DNA of 43,307 nucleotides from Gemmatimonadales bacterium (GTDB lineage: Bacteria > Gemmatimonadota > Gemmatimonadetes > Gemmatimonadales > GWC2-71-9): the NCBI GenBank assembly GCA_013820855.1, contig JACDHV010000003.1, positions 1 through 43,307 of the forward strand. The letters run 5' to 3'. This document shows positions 29,668 through 38,859 of the stretch, in pieces. Both the position numbers and the translations under genes were made by a program. The notes below the pieces were generated by a model. The model was not told the origin of the DNA and did no database searches. It saw only the letters and a list, made by a program, of their open reading frames with translations. Positions within the stretch are counted from its first letter, which is position 1, and every line of letters starts with the position of its first letter.

Positions 29668-30725
29668 CGGCCCGCAAGCCGAGGAATGCCGCATAGCGCC
29701 GGGCAGCCGCGCCGACCACGTGGCGCGCCGTAGAGTCGAGGCGTGTGAATGGGTTCAAGGAGATCCTGACGGAGCTCTCCCTCGTCGTCCTCGTCCACGT
29801 CCCCACGACCCGGCCGTTCACGACGATCGCGGGTCGGAGGATGTCCATGCCGTTCACCCCTCGCTCATGCGCCGGCGCGAGGATGGCGGCGCGATCGCGG
29901 TAGGCGACGGTATACTCGTCGAACGCCGGCAGGAGCCACGCCCGTCGTGAGGACGTGTCGGCCCGCTTGGCTGCCATCCAGTACCTCCGGCCTGCCAGCT
30001 CGTGAGAGACGAGCTGCCCGCTCGCCATGGCCAGGCCACCCATCGCCTCCCGGAGCGGAAGCCCCGACCACCAGGCGAAGGCGTGGAGGGCGGCGGGGCC
30101 GTGGCTGGTGAAGTAGCGTCGCGCCAGCTCGGCCAGCGCCTCGTCCCGGGCCATCCGCTTCCCTGGGGGCACCCATTCCTCCAGCAGGACGAACGTCTGG
30201 TGCTTCCCCTCCCGCGGGCCGACGCAGATGAGACCATCGTGCGCCAGGCGCCAGGTGAGGTGGAGACCCCGCCCGCCCGCGGTCGAAAGTCCCGCGCGGT
30301 CCAGCGTCCGATAAAGCGCGTCCCGGGCGAGGGACCGTCCCCCTTCCAGCGCCTCGACTACGACTTTGCGACTCCGGGCCAGCGCTTTCGCATCCAGGCC
30401 ATAGTCCCGCTCCAGTCGCGCCGCGCTCGACGCCACCACGCGGGGTGTCATCAGCGCCAGCATTCAACGGGCGTCCTCTGCCGCCACGAAAATGCAGTGT
30501 GCCGCGCATCGGCCAGGTGCGGACGATTCTGCGGTCGGCGATGGCGCGCTCGACGAGGCGCTCCGTGCCGCCGCGGGTCCGGAGCCCTATGGCCCACAGC
30601 GAGCCCAGGTAATCCTGCGCCTGGACGGCACCCAGCCACCGCACCGGCTCGGCGGGATCGTCGAAGTCCGTCGCCGCAAGGCGCTGGCTCTGCAGACGGT
30701 GGCGGCGAAGGTTGGCGGGCATCAT
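29657..30725 (-). pseudogene. AlkZ-family (HTH_42) DNA glycosylase with a frameshift and an in-frame TGA
   Basis: AVQAQD, RTWPMRGTLH, HGPA..FAWWSG, LLPAFDEYTVAY; extra T at 30489-92; TGA at 30464-66 where Trp is expected. Confidence 0.88.
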
Positions 30726-30733
30726 CGGCCGGA

Positions 30734-30742
30734 ATTATATCA
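30734..30742 (-). promoter_or_regulatory. Extended -10 promoter of the alkZ-like gene
   Basis: Minus strand TGATATAAT, 8 nt before ATG 30725. Confidence 0.65.
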
Positions 30743-30838
30743 GCCGGGAAGCCGGGCGTCGTGTGTGCTCTTGCCCGCGAATCGGCCGCTCCATAGTGGG
30801 ACGGTGCCTCTTGGCCTCACCTCCACTGGAGAGCTCTC

Positions 30839-31957
30839 ATGGCTCGCTTCATCCCGAACGTGTCCGCGGCGACCGCGATCGGCGCCGCGCTGGTTCTTGC
30901 GTGCGCCGACCCCTCGTCTCCCGCCCCCGAATCCGCTTCCTCGCTCGAGTCGGCCTCTCACCCCGCCGGTGCACCGACGCTGCGGGTGCAGCACAGCGGC
31001 ACGACCAACCGGCTCCAGGCGATCAGCCCTGTCGATGCGAAGGCGGTGTGGGCCAGCGGCCTGGGGGGCACGTTCGTGCTCACCACCGACGGCGGCAGGC
31101 ACTGGGAAGCCGGGGTGGTGGAAGGGGCTGAGCTGCTGCAGTTCCGCGACGTGCATGGGGTGAGCGAGAAGGTGGCATATCTGCTGTCCACCGGCTTCGG
31201 CGAGGACTCGCGCATCTACAAGACGGTGGACGGCGGCAAGACCCGGACGTTGCAGTTCAAGAACCAGCACCCCAAGGGCTTCTACGACTGCTTCGACTTC
31301 TGGACCCCCGACCGGGGCATCACCACAGGCGACGCGGTGAACGGCCGACTTCCGGTGATTCGCACCAGGAACGGCGGCGCCGACTGGCGCAGGATCGCCG
31401 GCAAGCTGCCGCCGGCCCAGCCAGGCGAGGCGGCGTTCGCCGCCAGCGGCACCTGCGTCGCCACCCAGGGCACCGAGCACGGCTGGATCGCCACCGGGGC
31501 CGCGGAAAGGGCGAGAATCCTGGCCACCACCGATGGCGGCGACACCTGGAATTCGTACGACACGCCCATCGTGCAGGGCACGCCCGCCTCGGGCCTCTTC
31601 ACGGTGGCCTTCCGCGACCGCCGGCACGGCATCCTCGCCGGAGGCGATCTCGAAGCGCCCGACGCGCTCTCGGACAACGTCGCCCTGTCGAGCGACGGAG
31701 GAAGGACCTGGAACCTGATGAGCGGCACCCCGTTCCCGGGAGCCGCCTACGGGCTGAGCTACGTGTCCCCCGACGACCAGGGCTTCAGACGGACCGTGGT
31801 CATCACCGGACCGGCGGGCGCGGCCTGGACCAGGAATGAAGGGAAGAAGTGGCACCTGCTCGATGGGGTGCGCGACTACTGGGCCGTGGCCTTCGCCAAC
31901 CGCCGCCATGGATGGCTGGTGGGAACCGAGGGCAGGATCCTGAAGCTGGTCTTCTGA
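30839..31957 (+). CDS. BNR/Asp-box beta-propeller lipoprotein (Ycf48-like)
   Basis: LAC lipobox; repeated T/SxDGGxTW; GGAG RBS. Confidence 0.88.
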   Translation: MARFIPNVSAATAIGAALVLACADPSSPAPESASSLESASHPAGAPTLRVQHSGTTNRLQAISPVDAKAVWASGLGGTFVLTTDGGRHWEAGVVEGAELLQFRDVHGVSEKVAYLLSTGFGEDSRIYKTVDGGKTRTLQFKNQHPKGFYDCFDFWTPDRGITTGDAVNGRLPVIRTRNGGADWRRIAGKLPPAQPGEAAFAASGTCVATQGTEHGWIATGAAERARILATTDGGDTWNSYDTPIVQGTPASGLFTVAFRDRRHGILAGGDLEAPDALSDNVALSSDGGRTWNLMSGTPFPGAAYGLSYVSPDDQGFRRTVVITGPAGAAWTRNEGKKWHLLDGVRDYWAVAFANRRHGWLVGTEGRILKLVF

Positions 31958-31967
31958 GCGCGAACGG

Positions 31968-33197
31968 CTACGCGGACCGGGCGGCCGCCTCTCCCGCCGC
32001 CCGGCCCGTCGCCCAGGCCCACAGAAAGTTGTAGCCGCCGATCGGGCCGAACGCGTCGAGCACCTCGCCGCAGATGAAGAGTCGGGGGTGGCGGCGGCTC
32101 TCCATGGTCCGCGGATCGATCTCCGCCAGGCTCACGCCGCCTCCCGTCACCTCCGCCTTCCGGTAGCCTTCGTCGCCGACCCAGGGCAGCTCGCCCCGCA
32201 CCAGCACGGAGATCAGTCGAAGCCGGTCCTCGCGGCGCAGCTGGGCCAGCGGATGGGACGCCGCTACGCCGGCCTGCATGGCGAGCGCGTCGGCGAGCCG
32301 CTCGGGCAGGTCGCGGCGGAGCACACCCGCCACCGTGCGCGTGCCCACCGGCTGGAGCGCCGACTCCCAACCCGCCTCGTCGCGCGCGGTCCACCGCACC
32401 GTGAGCCGGGCCGTGCCATCCGCCTCCTGGCGCGAGCGCACCAGGACGTGCGACACGTCCAGCACCGAGGGCCCGCTGTACCCGCGGTGGGTGAAGAGGA
32501 AGCCTCCCGAGGAGGCCGAGTGTCGGTGATCGCCACTCGCGCTGATGGTGACCGGGAGCGAGACACCGGCGAGCGCGCCGAATGGCGAGGGCCCGGCCAC
32601 GATCGGTGTCAGCGCCGCGTACGTCGGATGCAGGGTGTGCCCCAGCGCCCGCAGGATCGCGATCCCGCGGCCGTCACTTCCGGTGTTCGGGACCGACAGC
32701 CCGCCCGTCGCCACGACGACCGCATCCACCACGAGCGGCGCGGCGCCCTCGCGCTCGACCTCCCACCCGCGGGCGCGAGGAGCGAGACCGGTGACGAGCG
32801 TATCCGGCACGAAGCGCGCCCCCGCGCGGGCCGCCAGCGTCAGCAGGCCGTCGCGCACGTCGCGAGCGCGGTGCGAGGCCGGGAAGAGCTTCGCGGACTC
32901 CGGCTCTTCCACCAGCGGCATCCCCAGCCCGCGCTCGAAGAAGGCGACCTGGTCCGCCAGCGGCCAGGAGCGGAGGATCTTGCGGAGCGTGTTGGGTGAG
33001 GAGTCGGTGACGAAGCGGCGCTCGTCCACCCGCGCCGGGAGGATGTTGCAGCGGCCGCCGCCACTGATGAGGATCTTTCGCCCACCGTCTCGCGTACGCT
33101 CGAGCAGCAGCGTCTCGGCACCGGCGGTGGCCGCGAAGATCGCCGCCAGCGTCCCCGCGGCACCGGCTCCGACTATGGCGACGCGGCGATTCCGGAT
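31968..33197 (-). CDS. BaiN/HI0933-family flavoprotein (start uncertain; frame open to 33365)
   Basis: VGAGAAG, GRKILISGGGRCN, ATGGLSVP.TGSDG, FTHRGYSGP, AEVTGGGV, GEVLD..GPIGGYN. Confidence 0.9.
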   Translation of the reverse strand: MRNRRVAIVGAGAAGTLAAIFAATAGAETLLLERTRDGGRKILISGGGRCNILPARVDERRFVTDSSPNTLRKILRSWPLADQVAFFERGLGMPLVEEPESAKLFPASHRARDVRDGLLTLAARAGARFVPDTLVTGLAPRARGWEVEREGAAPLVVDAVVVATGGLSVPNTGSDGRGIAILRALGHTLHPTYAALTPIVAGPSPFGALAGVSLPVTISASGDHRHSASSGGFLFTHRGYSGPSVLDVSHVLVRSRQEADGTARLTVRWTARDEAGWESALQPVGTRTVAGVLRRDLPERLADALAMQAGVAASHPLAQLRREDRLRLISVLVRGELPWVGDEGYRKAEVTGGGVSLAEIDPRTMESRRHPRLFICGEVLDAFGPIGGYNFLWAWATGRAAGEAAARSA

Positions 33198-33252
33198 AGC
33201 CCCTCCAGGATCGAATTCGACGAGTGAACGGCGGGCAGGAAACTTACTTCCC

Positions 33253-33281
33253 TTGTCCCGACAGGTCGGCGTTTCTAGTAT
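33253..33281 (+). promoter_or_regulatory. Sigma70-like promoter of the RLP-cupin operon
   Basis: TTGTCC-N17-TAGTAT in an AT-enriched divergent intergenic region. Confidence 0.55.
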
Positions 33282-33387
33282 TGGCCCCTGCCGCGTCGCC
33301 ATGGTCAGAGCCCGCGCGTCCTTCCCGCGTCCCACCGAGGTGTTCGTGCTAGTCCCGTCTCCCACCGCTCGACCCAGCCGCTGAGCC

Positions 33388-34482
33388 GTGGGAGACGCAC
33401 TGCGCGTGACCTATCTCGTCCGTGCCGCTGCCCGGGATATCGAGGCGAGGGCCGAGTCGTTGCTGCTCGAGCAGACCGTCGAGCTGCCGCGCTCGAGCCT
33501 TCGCGAGCCGGCCGTGGTGGAGCGGGTCCTGGGGCAGGTCGAGCGCGTCGAAGCAGGGAGCGAAGGCAGCCACCGGGTGACCGTCACCCATCCTCTCGTC
33601 ACCACCGCCTTCGACCCGGCCCAGCTCCTCAACGTGCTCTTCGGCAATTCCTCGTTGCAGCCTGACGTGGTCCTCGCGGATGTGGAGCTTCCCGATTCGG
33701 CGTTCGATTGGCTTCCCGGTCCGCGGGCCGGCGTCGCTGGGCTGCGCGCCCTCACTGGGGTCAGGAGCCGGCCGCTTCTCGCGACGGCCCTGAAGCCCAT
33801 GGGACTCGAGCCGAAGCAGCTCGGCGCGCTCTGCCGCACTTTCGCCGCCGCCGGGATCGACCTGGTGAAGGACGATCACGGCCTCGCGGACCATCCATTC
33901 TGTCCCTTCGAGGCACGGCTCGAGGCCGGCCTGCGCGCCACCGAGGGCACGCCGACGCTGTACGTGCCGAACCTGATCGGCACTCCGGAGCGCGTACTGA
34001 GACAGCTCGAGACCGCCCGAGCGGGGGGAGCGAAGGCGGTGCTGATCTCCCCGATGATCGTGGGCCTTCCCCTGCTGCACCAGCTGGCGACTCTCCCGGA
34101 CGGTCTGCCGATCGTCGCGCATCCGTCGCTGGCGGGGGTCCTCCGCGCGGAGTCGACGGTCGTGCTGGGCAAGCTGTTCCGCTGGTACGGCGCCGACGCG
34201 GTGATCTTTCCTCATGCCGGCGGCAGGTTCACCTTCGACATGGAGACGTGCCGAGCGCTGGCCCGGACGCTTCGCGCCCCGTCCTCCCGTGCTCGGCCGA
34301 GCTTTCCGGTTCCCGCTGGAGGGCTCGACGTCGATCGGGTCGAGGAGACGCTGGCCTTCTACGGCGCCGACAGCATCCTGTTGATCGGCCGCGGTCTCTA
34401 CGAGGCGGGCGAAGACCTCTACGAGCGGACCCGTGCGCTGGTGGCCCGGGTGGCCCGGGCGGCGTCCGCGGAGCGCGCATGA
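33388..34482 (+). CDS. RuBisCO-like protein (form IV, KDDH type)
   Basis: LEQTVE, NVLFGNSS, GPRAG..GLR, ALKPMGL, DLVKDDHGL, AHPS, GADAVIFP, FPVPAGG; 364 aa, shorter than true RbcL. Confidence 0.92.
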   Translation: MGDALRVTYLVRAAARDIEARAESLLLEQTVELPRSSLREPAVVERVLGQVERVEAGSEGSHRVTVTHPLVTTAFDPAQLLNVLFGNSSLQPDVVLADVELPDSAFDWLPGPRAGVAGLRALTGVRSRPLLATALKPMGLEPKQLGALCRTFAAAGIDLVKDDHGLADHPFCPFEARLEAGLRATEGTPTLYVPNLIGTPERVLRQLETARAGGAKAVLISPMIVGLPLLHQLATLPDGLPIVAHPSLAGVLRAESTVVLGKLFRWYGADAVIFPHAGGRFTFDMETCRALARTLRAPSSRARPSFPVPAGGLDVDRVEETLAFYGADSILLIGRGLYEAGEDLYERTRALVARVARAASAERA

Positions 34483-34922
34483 AGACGCACATTCGACGGA
34501 CCGGCGATGGCCGGTGGGAGGGTGTCCCGGTGTCCGCCTACAAGCCGGGCGGCACTCACTTCGCGGGAATTACGCGGCAGCTGCTGTTCGACGGCGGCGA
34601 AGGGCTGGGCTGTCAGCTGCGGTACTTCGAGATCGAGCCGGGCGGGCACTCCTCGCTCGAGCGGCACCGCCACGTGCACGCGATCATGGTGATCCGCGGC
34701 GAGGGAAGGGTACTGGTCGGCGACCGTGTGCTGGATCTCGCCACTCACGACCTCGTGCGCGTACCTCCGCTGACCTGGCATCAATTCCGGGCCGGCGAGG
34801 GTGAGCCGTTCGGCTTCCTCTGCATGGTCGACTGCGGGCGGGACACGCCGGAGCGGCCGGACGCCGGCGTCCTGGCGGAGCTGCGCCGCGATCCGGCGGT
34901 CGCGGACTTCATCCGGGTCTGA
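34479..34922 (+). CDS. Cupin (putative methylthio-xylulose-5-phosphate methylsulfurylase-like)
   Basis: ATGA overlap with the RLP; RYFEIEPGGHSSLERHRHVH...WHQF..PFGFLCMVD. Confidence 0.88.
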   Translation: MKTHIRRTGDGRWEGVPVSAYKPGGTHFAGITRQLLFDGGEGLGCQLRYFEIEPGGHSSLERHRHVHAIMVIRGEGRVLVGDRVLDLATHDLVRVPPLTWHQFRAGEGEPFGFLCMVDCGRDTPERPDAGVLAELRRDPAVADFIRV

Positions 34923-34969
34923 ATCCCGGCCTCTGCAGTCGAGTCGCCGGTAAATCCTTTCCCGCGGGT

Positions 34970-35551
34970 CTAGCGGTGCTCTCCCGTCGCGTTGCCGATG
35001 ACGGCCCCCAGGTCGTCGGGAGCGCGGTGCCGGCATTCGCGCCTGAGATCCTCGATGTCCGCCGAGAGGAAGGCGCCCAACAGGCCATCCATGGTGATCT
35101 CGAAGGCCGGCAGCTCCTTCTTGGCGACGCTGTTGGAGTACATCGCCAGCACCGCGCGCTCGTCGAAACGGTAGAAGGAGTACGTGGGATACCGCCCGAA
35201 CAGCCGCACCTGGATCGGCTTCTGGTACTCTCGAGCGAGGCGGGCGAAGTAGCGGTAGGCGTCCTCGACCATCGCGGGAATCAGCGGCCCATCGTCGAAG
35301 TGCTTCTCCAGCGAGAACATGAGCTCGTGGTTCTCCAGATCCGGCAGAAACACCTCCAGGCTCGTGCCTTCCCGGCCGAGAAACGCCTTGATCGCCGCGT
35401 CGTGATTCTCCCGCCAGCGCCGCGAGTGGATGAAGTACAGCACCATCGCGCTCGACGACCCGATGAGCTCATCGAACCGGTACACGAATCCGGCGAAGGT
35501 GCCGACCCGAACGATCCCGGGAGGCTCGGGCACGAGGGGTGTGGACGTCAT
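34970..35551 (-). CDS. Hypothetical protein (193 aa)
   Basis: Normal globular composition and GC3 bias; has its own promoter. Confidence 0.75.
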   Translation of the reverse strand: MTSTPLVPEPPGIVRVGTFAGFVYRFDELIGSSSAMVLYFIHSRRWRENHDAAIKAFLGREGTSLEVFLPDLENHELMFSLEKHFDDGPLIPAMVEDAYRYFARLAREYQKPIQVRLFGRYPTYSFYRFDERAVLAMYSNSVAKKELPAFEITMDGLLGAFLSADIEDLRRECRHRAPDDLGAVIGNATGEHR

Positions 35552-35558
35552 GGGCAGG

Positions 35559-35587
35559 ATGCTAGCTCACTCGATGACCATCGGCAA
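35559..35587 (-). promoter_or_regulatory. Sigma70-like promoter, leaderless geometry
   Basis: Minus strand TTGCCG-N17-TAGCAT-N7-ATG(35551). Confidence 0.6.
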
Positions 35588-35635
35588 TTCGTGGCAGCCG
35601 ACCTCGACGGAGGCTGGCGCCTTGCGGGGCTCTGG

Positions 35636-36082
35636 GCCGAGGCCGATCTGGAGCACGCGGCCCGCGTAGACCCGCAGTCCGCCGAGGTGATCGGCGACCT
35701 CGGCGCGATCTACACCAGACTCCGGCGGTACCGGGAGGCCCGCGCCGCCCTCGAACGGGCCCGGGTGCTTCGGCCGTCCAGCTTGAGCCTGGCCCATGCC
35801 CGTGCGCGCCTCGCCGCGATGGAGGGCGACCTCGAGGGCATTCGCCAGGTGTTCCGCTCGATGGAGGAGATCGTGGGGCGGCGCCGCGTAGTGGCATACG
35901 TGGCGCTGAGGGAGGACCTGATCTGGGCACTCGACGACGAGGCTCGCCGCGCGGTGCTGGAGCTGACACCCGCATCCACGTTCTCGCCGGCAGGCCCGAG
36001 GAGGCGATCGACCGCCTCGTGGCGCTGGCCGACGAGCCGGGCCTCCGATCGGGACCGCTCTTCCGGATCGATGCCAGTTTAG
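35636..36082 (+). pseudogene. TPR-repeat fragment without a start
   Basis: AEADLEHAARVDP..LGAIYTRLRRYREARAALERARVLRP; frame change near 35975. Confidence 0.55.
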
Positions 36083-37494
36083 GGAAAGATGCCGAGCTGC
36101 TCGTAGCTCAACGCCACCTTGTCGATCGCGACGATCATCGCCGCGGTGCGCATGATCTCCTTCCCTCCCAGTTGCTTCCAGACTTCACGAATGGGGTGGT
36201 AGGCGCCGATCATCGTCTCTTCCAGACCCGAGTTCACCAGGTCCTCCTCGCTCGCGCCATGGGTCACGCGCTCCACCTCCTCGGGCGTGAAGCGGCGGCC
36301 GGTCACCCCCTCCACCGCTTCCAGCAGCCGGGTGTAGGCTCCCTGCTCGAAGCGCTTCTGCATCCGGCCGAAGCGCACGTGGCTGAGGTTCTTGACCCAC
36401 TCGAAATACGAGACCGTCACCCCGCCGGCGTTGATGTAGGAGTCGGGGATTACCATGATCCCGCGCGCCGCCAGGATCTCGTCCGCCTCGACCGTGGTGG
36501 GACCATTCGCGGCCTCGACGACCATCTTCGTCCTGAGCCGTGGCGCGTTCTCCGCGGTGATCTGCCGTTCCAGCGCTGCCGGGATCAGGATGTCGCACTC
36601 GAGCTCCAGCGCCTCTTCCCGGCGGGCGAGACTGGTGGCCCCCGGGAAGTCCAGAATGCTCCCGCGCTCCTTGCGGTGCGCCATCACCGCTTCGAGGTCG
36701 AGTCCCTTGTCGCACGCGATGGCCCCCTCGGATTCCGACAGCCCGACCAGCACCGCGCCGGCCCGCTGAAAGAATTGCGCGGCGTGATACCCCACGTTGC
36801 CGAGGCCCTGCAGCACGACGCGCTTTCCGGCGAGGCCGGGCGACATGCCGAGCGCCTTCATGTCCTCCTTCACGCTGCAGATCTCGCGGACCCCGAAGAA
36901 GACGCCGCGTCCGGTCGCCTCGACCCGCCCGCGAATGCCGCCTGCGCTCACCGGCTTGGCCGTGACGCAGCCGAGCGCGTCCAGCTCGCCGGGGCGAAGC
37001 TGGGTGTAGGTATCGGCGATCCAGGCCATCTCGCGGGGTCCCGTGCCGACGTCGGGGGCCGGCACGTCGAGACCGGGACCCATGAAGTTCTTCCGCACCA
37101 GCTCGAACACCATCCGGCGCGTGATCCGCTCCAGCTCACCGACGGAGTAGCGCTTCGCGTTGAGCCTGATCCCACCCTTGGCCCCGCCGAACGGCACGTC
37201 CACCAGCGCGCACTTGTACGTCATCAGCGCCGCCAGCGCCTGCACCTCCTCCGCGTCCACGGTCTCGGCGTACCGGATGCCGCCTTTGGTCGGAAGCTTG
37301 TGGTGGCTGTGCTCGGCCCGCCAGGCATGCATCACCTCGATGCGGCCGTCGTCCCGTTTGATCGGGAAGCTGGTATAGAAGAGATTTTTGCACGCCCGGA
37401 TGTTGGCGAGCAGGGTGGGGTCGTGGTCGGTGAACCCGGCCGCGTGGTCGAAGGCCCGGTTGACCTGCTCGAGGAAGCTGGAGCCGAGGGACAT
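36079..37494 (-). CDS. gdhA: Glutamate dehydrogenase (Glu/Leu/Phe/Val family), 471 aa
   Basis: KGGIRY, MTYKCA, PFGGAKGG, DVPAPD, GRVEATGRG, QGLGNVG, EAANGP, NAGGVTVSYFEW. Confidence 0.93.
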   Translation of the reverse strand: MSLGSSFLEQVNRAFDHAAGFTDHDPTLLANIRACKNLFYTSFPIKRDDGRIEVMHAWRAEHSHHKLPTKGGIRYAETVDAEEVQALAALMTYKCALVDVPFGGAKGGIRLNAKRYSVGELERITRRMVFELVRKNFMGPGLDVPAPDVGTGPREMAWIADTYTQLRPGELDALGCVTAKPVSAGGIRGRVEATGRGVFFGVREICSVKEDMKALGMSPGLAGKRVVLQGLGNVGYHAAQFFQRAGAVLVGLSESEGAIACDKGLDLEAVMAHRKERGSILDFPGATSLARREEALELECDILIPAALERQITAENAPRLRTKMVVEAANGPTTVEADEILAARGIMVIPDSYINAGGVTVSYFEWVKNLSHVRFGRMQKRFEQGAYTRLLEAVEGVTGRRFTPEEVERVTHGASEEDLVNSGLEETMIGAYHPIREVWKQLGGKEIMRTAAMIVAIDKVALSYEQLGIFP

Positions 37495-37595
37495 GAGTGC
37501 TTTCTCGCGGAGAGCGAGGGAGGGTGGAGGGGTGGGACGAATATAGACGGGAGCCCGCCGGACGGAGGCCGCGCGACGCCGGCGAGGACTTCGGC

Positions 37596-37841
37596 TCAGG
37601 CCGCGCGCTCGCGCCACCCCGCCGCGAGCAGGCTCCCGATCACCATCAGCGTCACGGCGAGGATGGCGAACGCCGCATAGCTTCGCAGGGCGCGCCGTCG
37701 ATATTCCATCCCGCGGGGCGTCAGCCGCTCGGGCGTCCACGCGATCTCGAGCGGGCTCACACCCGGGCGCCGATGGCGCACCATCTGCACATAGCAGTAG
37801 ACCCCATGGGCCCACAGGGCGATCGCGAGGGCCGCGGCCAC
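37596..37841 (-). CDS. Small two-TM membrane protein (5' end possibly frameshifted near 37868)
   Basis: Two hydrophobic segments around LTPRGMEYRRRA. Confidence 0.55.
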   Translation of the reverse strand: MAAALAIALWAHGVYCYVQMVRHRRPGVSPLEIAWTPERLTPRGMEYRRRALRSYAAFAILAVTLMVIGSLLAAGWRERAA

Positions 37842-38010
37842 CGAAAATGCCGCCAGGACGAGCAGGCGCTCACCTCCGCCTCGTACGTGTCAGCAACGAG
37901 TCCACTCGCCGTCTCGGGCCGGGCAATCGGACGTCCCACCGGCTATCTTACGGGGGTGAGCCGCGCGTTGTCTCGCCGGTCGGCTCTACTCCCACCACTG
38001 GCAGGTGCGT

Positions 38011-38355
38011 ATGGCAACGGCCCCGGAGTCCTTTGAGAATGCTTCGACCCCATCGCGCCCTCTCGTGGAGCGGGTTCGCGAGCGGGTAGACAAGGCCGCG
38101 GCGAGCCTCGGCGACAAGAGGCGGGAGCGGCGCGGCGCGCAGACGCTGGGGTCCAAGGCGCCGCGCGAGCTCCGGGCGCTTCGCCGGGTATTCCGCGAGA
38201 TGGGACGCACGCAGCGCACGGCCCGCCGGCAAACGGGGCAGGCACCGTCCCCCGTCGTTCGGGACGCCGCCCGCGCGTTTCGAGCGGCGCCCAGCATGTC
38301 GGCGTTGGTGCTGGTGGCCGCGTCGCTCGACGAGGTAGGTCTGCTCTCCTGGTGA
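38011..38355 (+). CDS. Hypothetical basic protein
   Basis: ORF fills the gap; ends AASLDEVGLLSW before a hairpin. Confidence 0.55.
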   Translation: MATAPESFENASTPSRPLVERVRERVDKAAASLGDKRRERRGAQTLGSKAPRELRALRRVFREMGRTQRTARRQTGQAPSPVVRDAARAFRAAPSMSALVLVAASLDEVGLLSW

Positions 38356-38356
38356 T

Positions 38357-38390
38357 CGCCCGGCGGCCTCGGGCGGTTTCCGCCCGGGTG
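38357..38390. terminator. Stem-loop between convergent genes
   Basis: GGGCGG-TTT-CCGCCC core inside CGCCCGG...CCGGGTG. Confidence 0.4.
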
Positions 38391-38391
38391 C

Positions 38392-38751
38392 TCAGCGGGA
38401 GTCGCGGCTCTCCTCCCGCAATACCGCCAAACTTCTGGTGCCCAGTGTGATCAGGGCCTCGAATCGACCCTTCACCCCGACTTTCGAGCCCGTGCGCGGC
38501 GGTCCGCTCCTGTCGCTCACGACGGTGAGCGTGCCGGTCTCGTCTCTCACCTGGTAGGCGCCCAGCCCCAGCCCACCGCCCGACTCCCTCACCTCTCCGT
38601 GGACCCGCACCGTCTTCCCGTCGTAGCGCGCGGGATTGTCGAGCAGCTGGCCGATCGGTGTGACGCCCGCGCAGCCGACAAGGACCAGCAGGCCGGCGGC
38701 GAGCGGAACGAACGCGGCCAGTCGGGGGACGCGAAGGGACCGAAGGGACAT
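38392..38751 (-). CDS. OB-fold lipoprotein
   Basis: LVGC lipobox; IGQLLDNP.RYDGKTVRVHGEV..VRDETGTL..V.VKG; GGAG RBS. Confidence 0.8.
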   Translation of the reverse strand: MSLRSLRVPRLAAFVPLAAGLLVLVGCAGVTPIGQLLDNPARYDGKTVRVHGEVRESGGGLGLGAYQVRDETGTLTVVSDRSGPPRTGSKVGVKGRFEALITLGTRSLAVLREESRDSR

Positions 38752-38859
38752 GGCGCAACTCCTGGTCGAGGGTGCCGTCGTCGCTGGGCACGACCCGGCG
38801 AATCTACTCCACGCCGCGGTCGGTGGCCAGCACGCTCGTAGGTGCACGGTACCGGGCCG

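Noticed and set aside
33708-34478. 404-aa version of the cupin
   Set aside because: An alternative frame within the RLP; the cupin begins at the ATGA overlap at 34479
33388-34482. True CO2-fixing RuBisCO
   Set aside because: KDDH rather than KDDE, HPS rather than HRA, short length, and no rbcS, prk or cbb genes in the window
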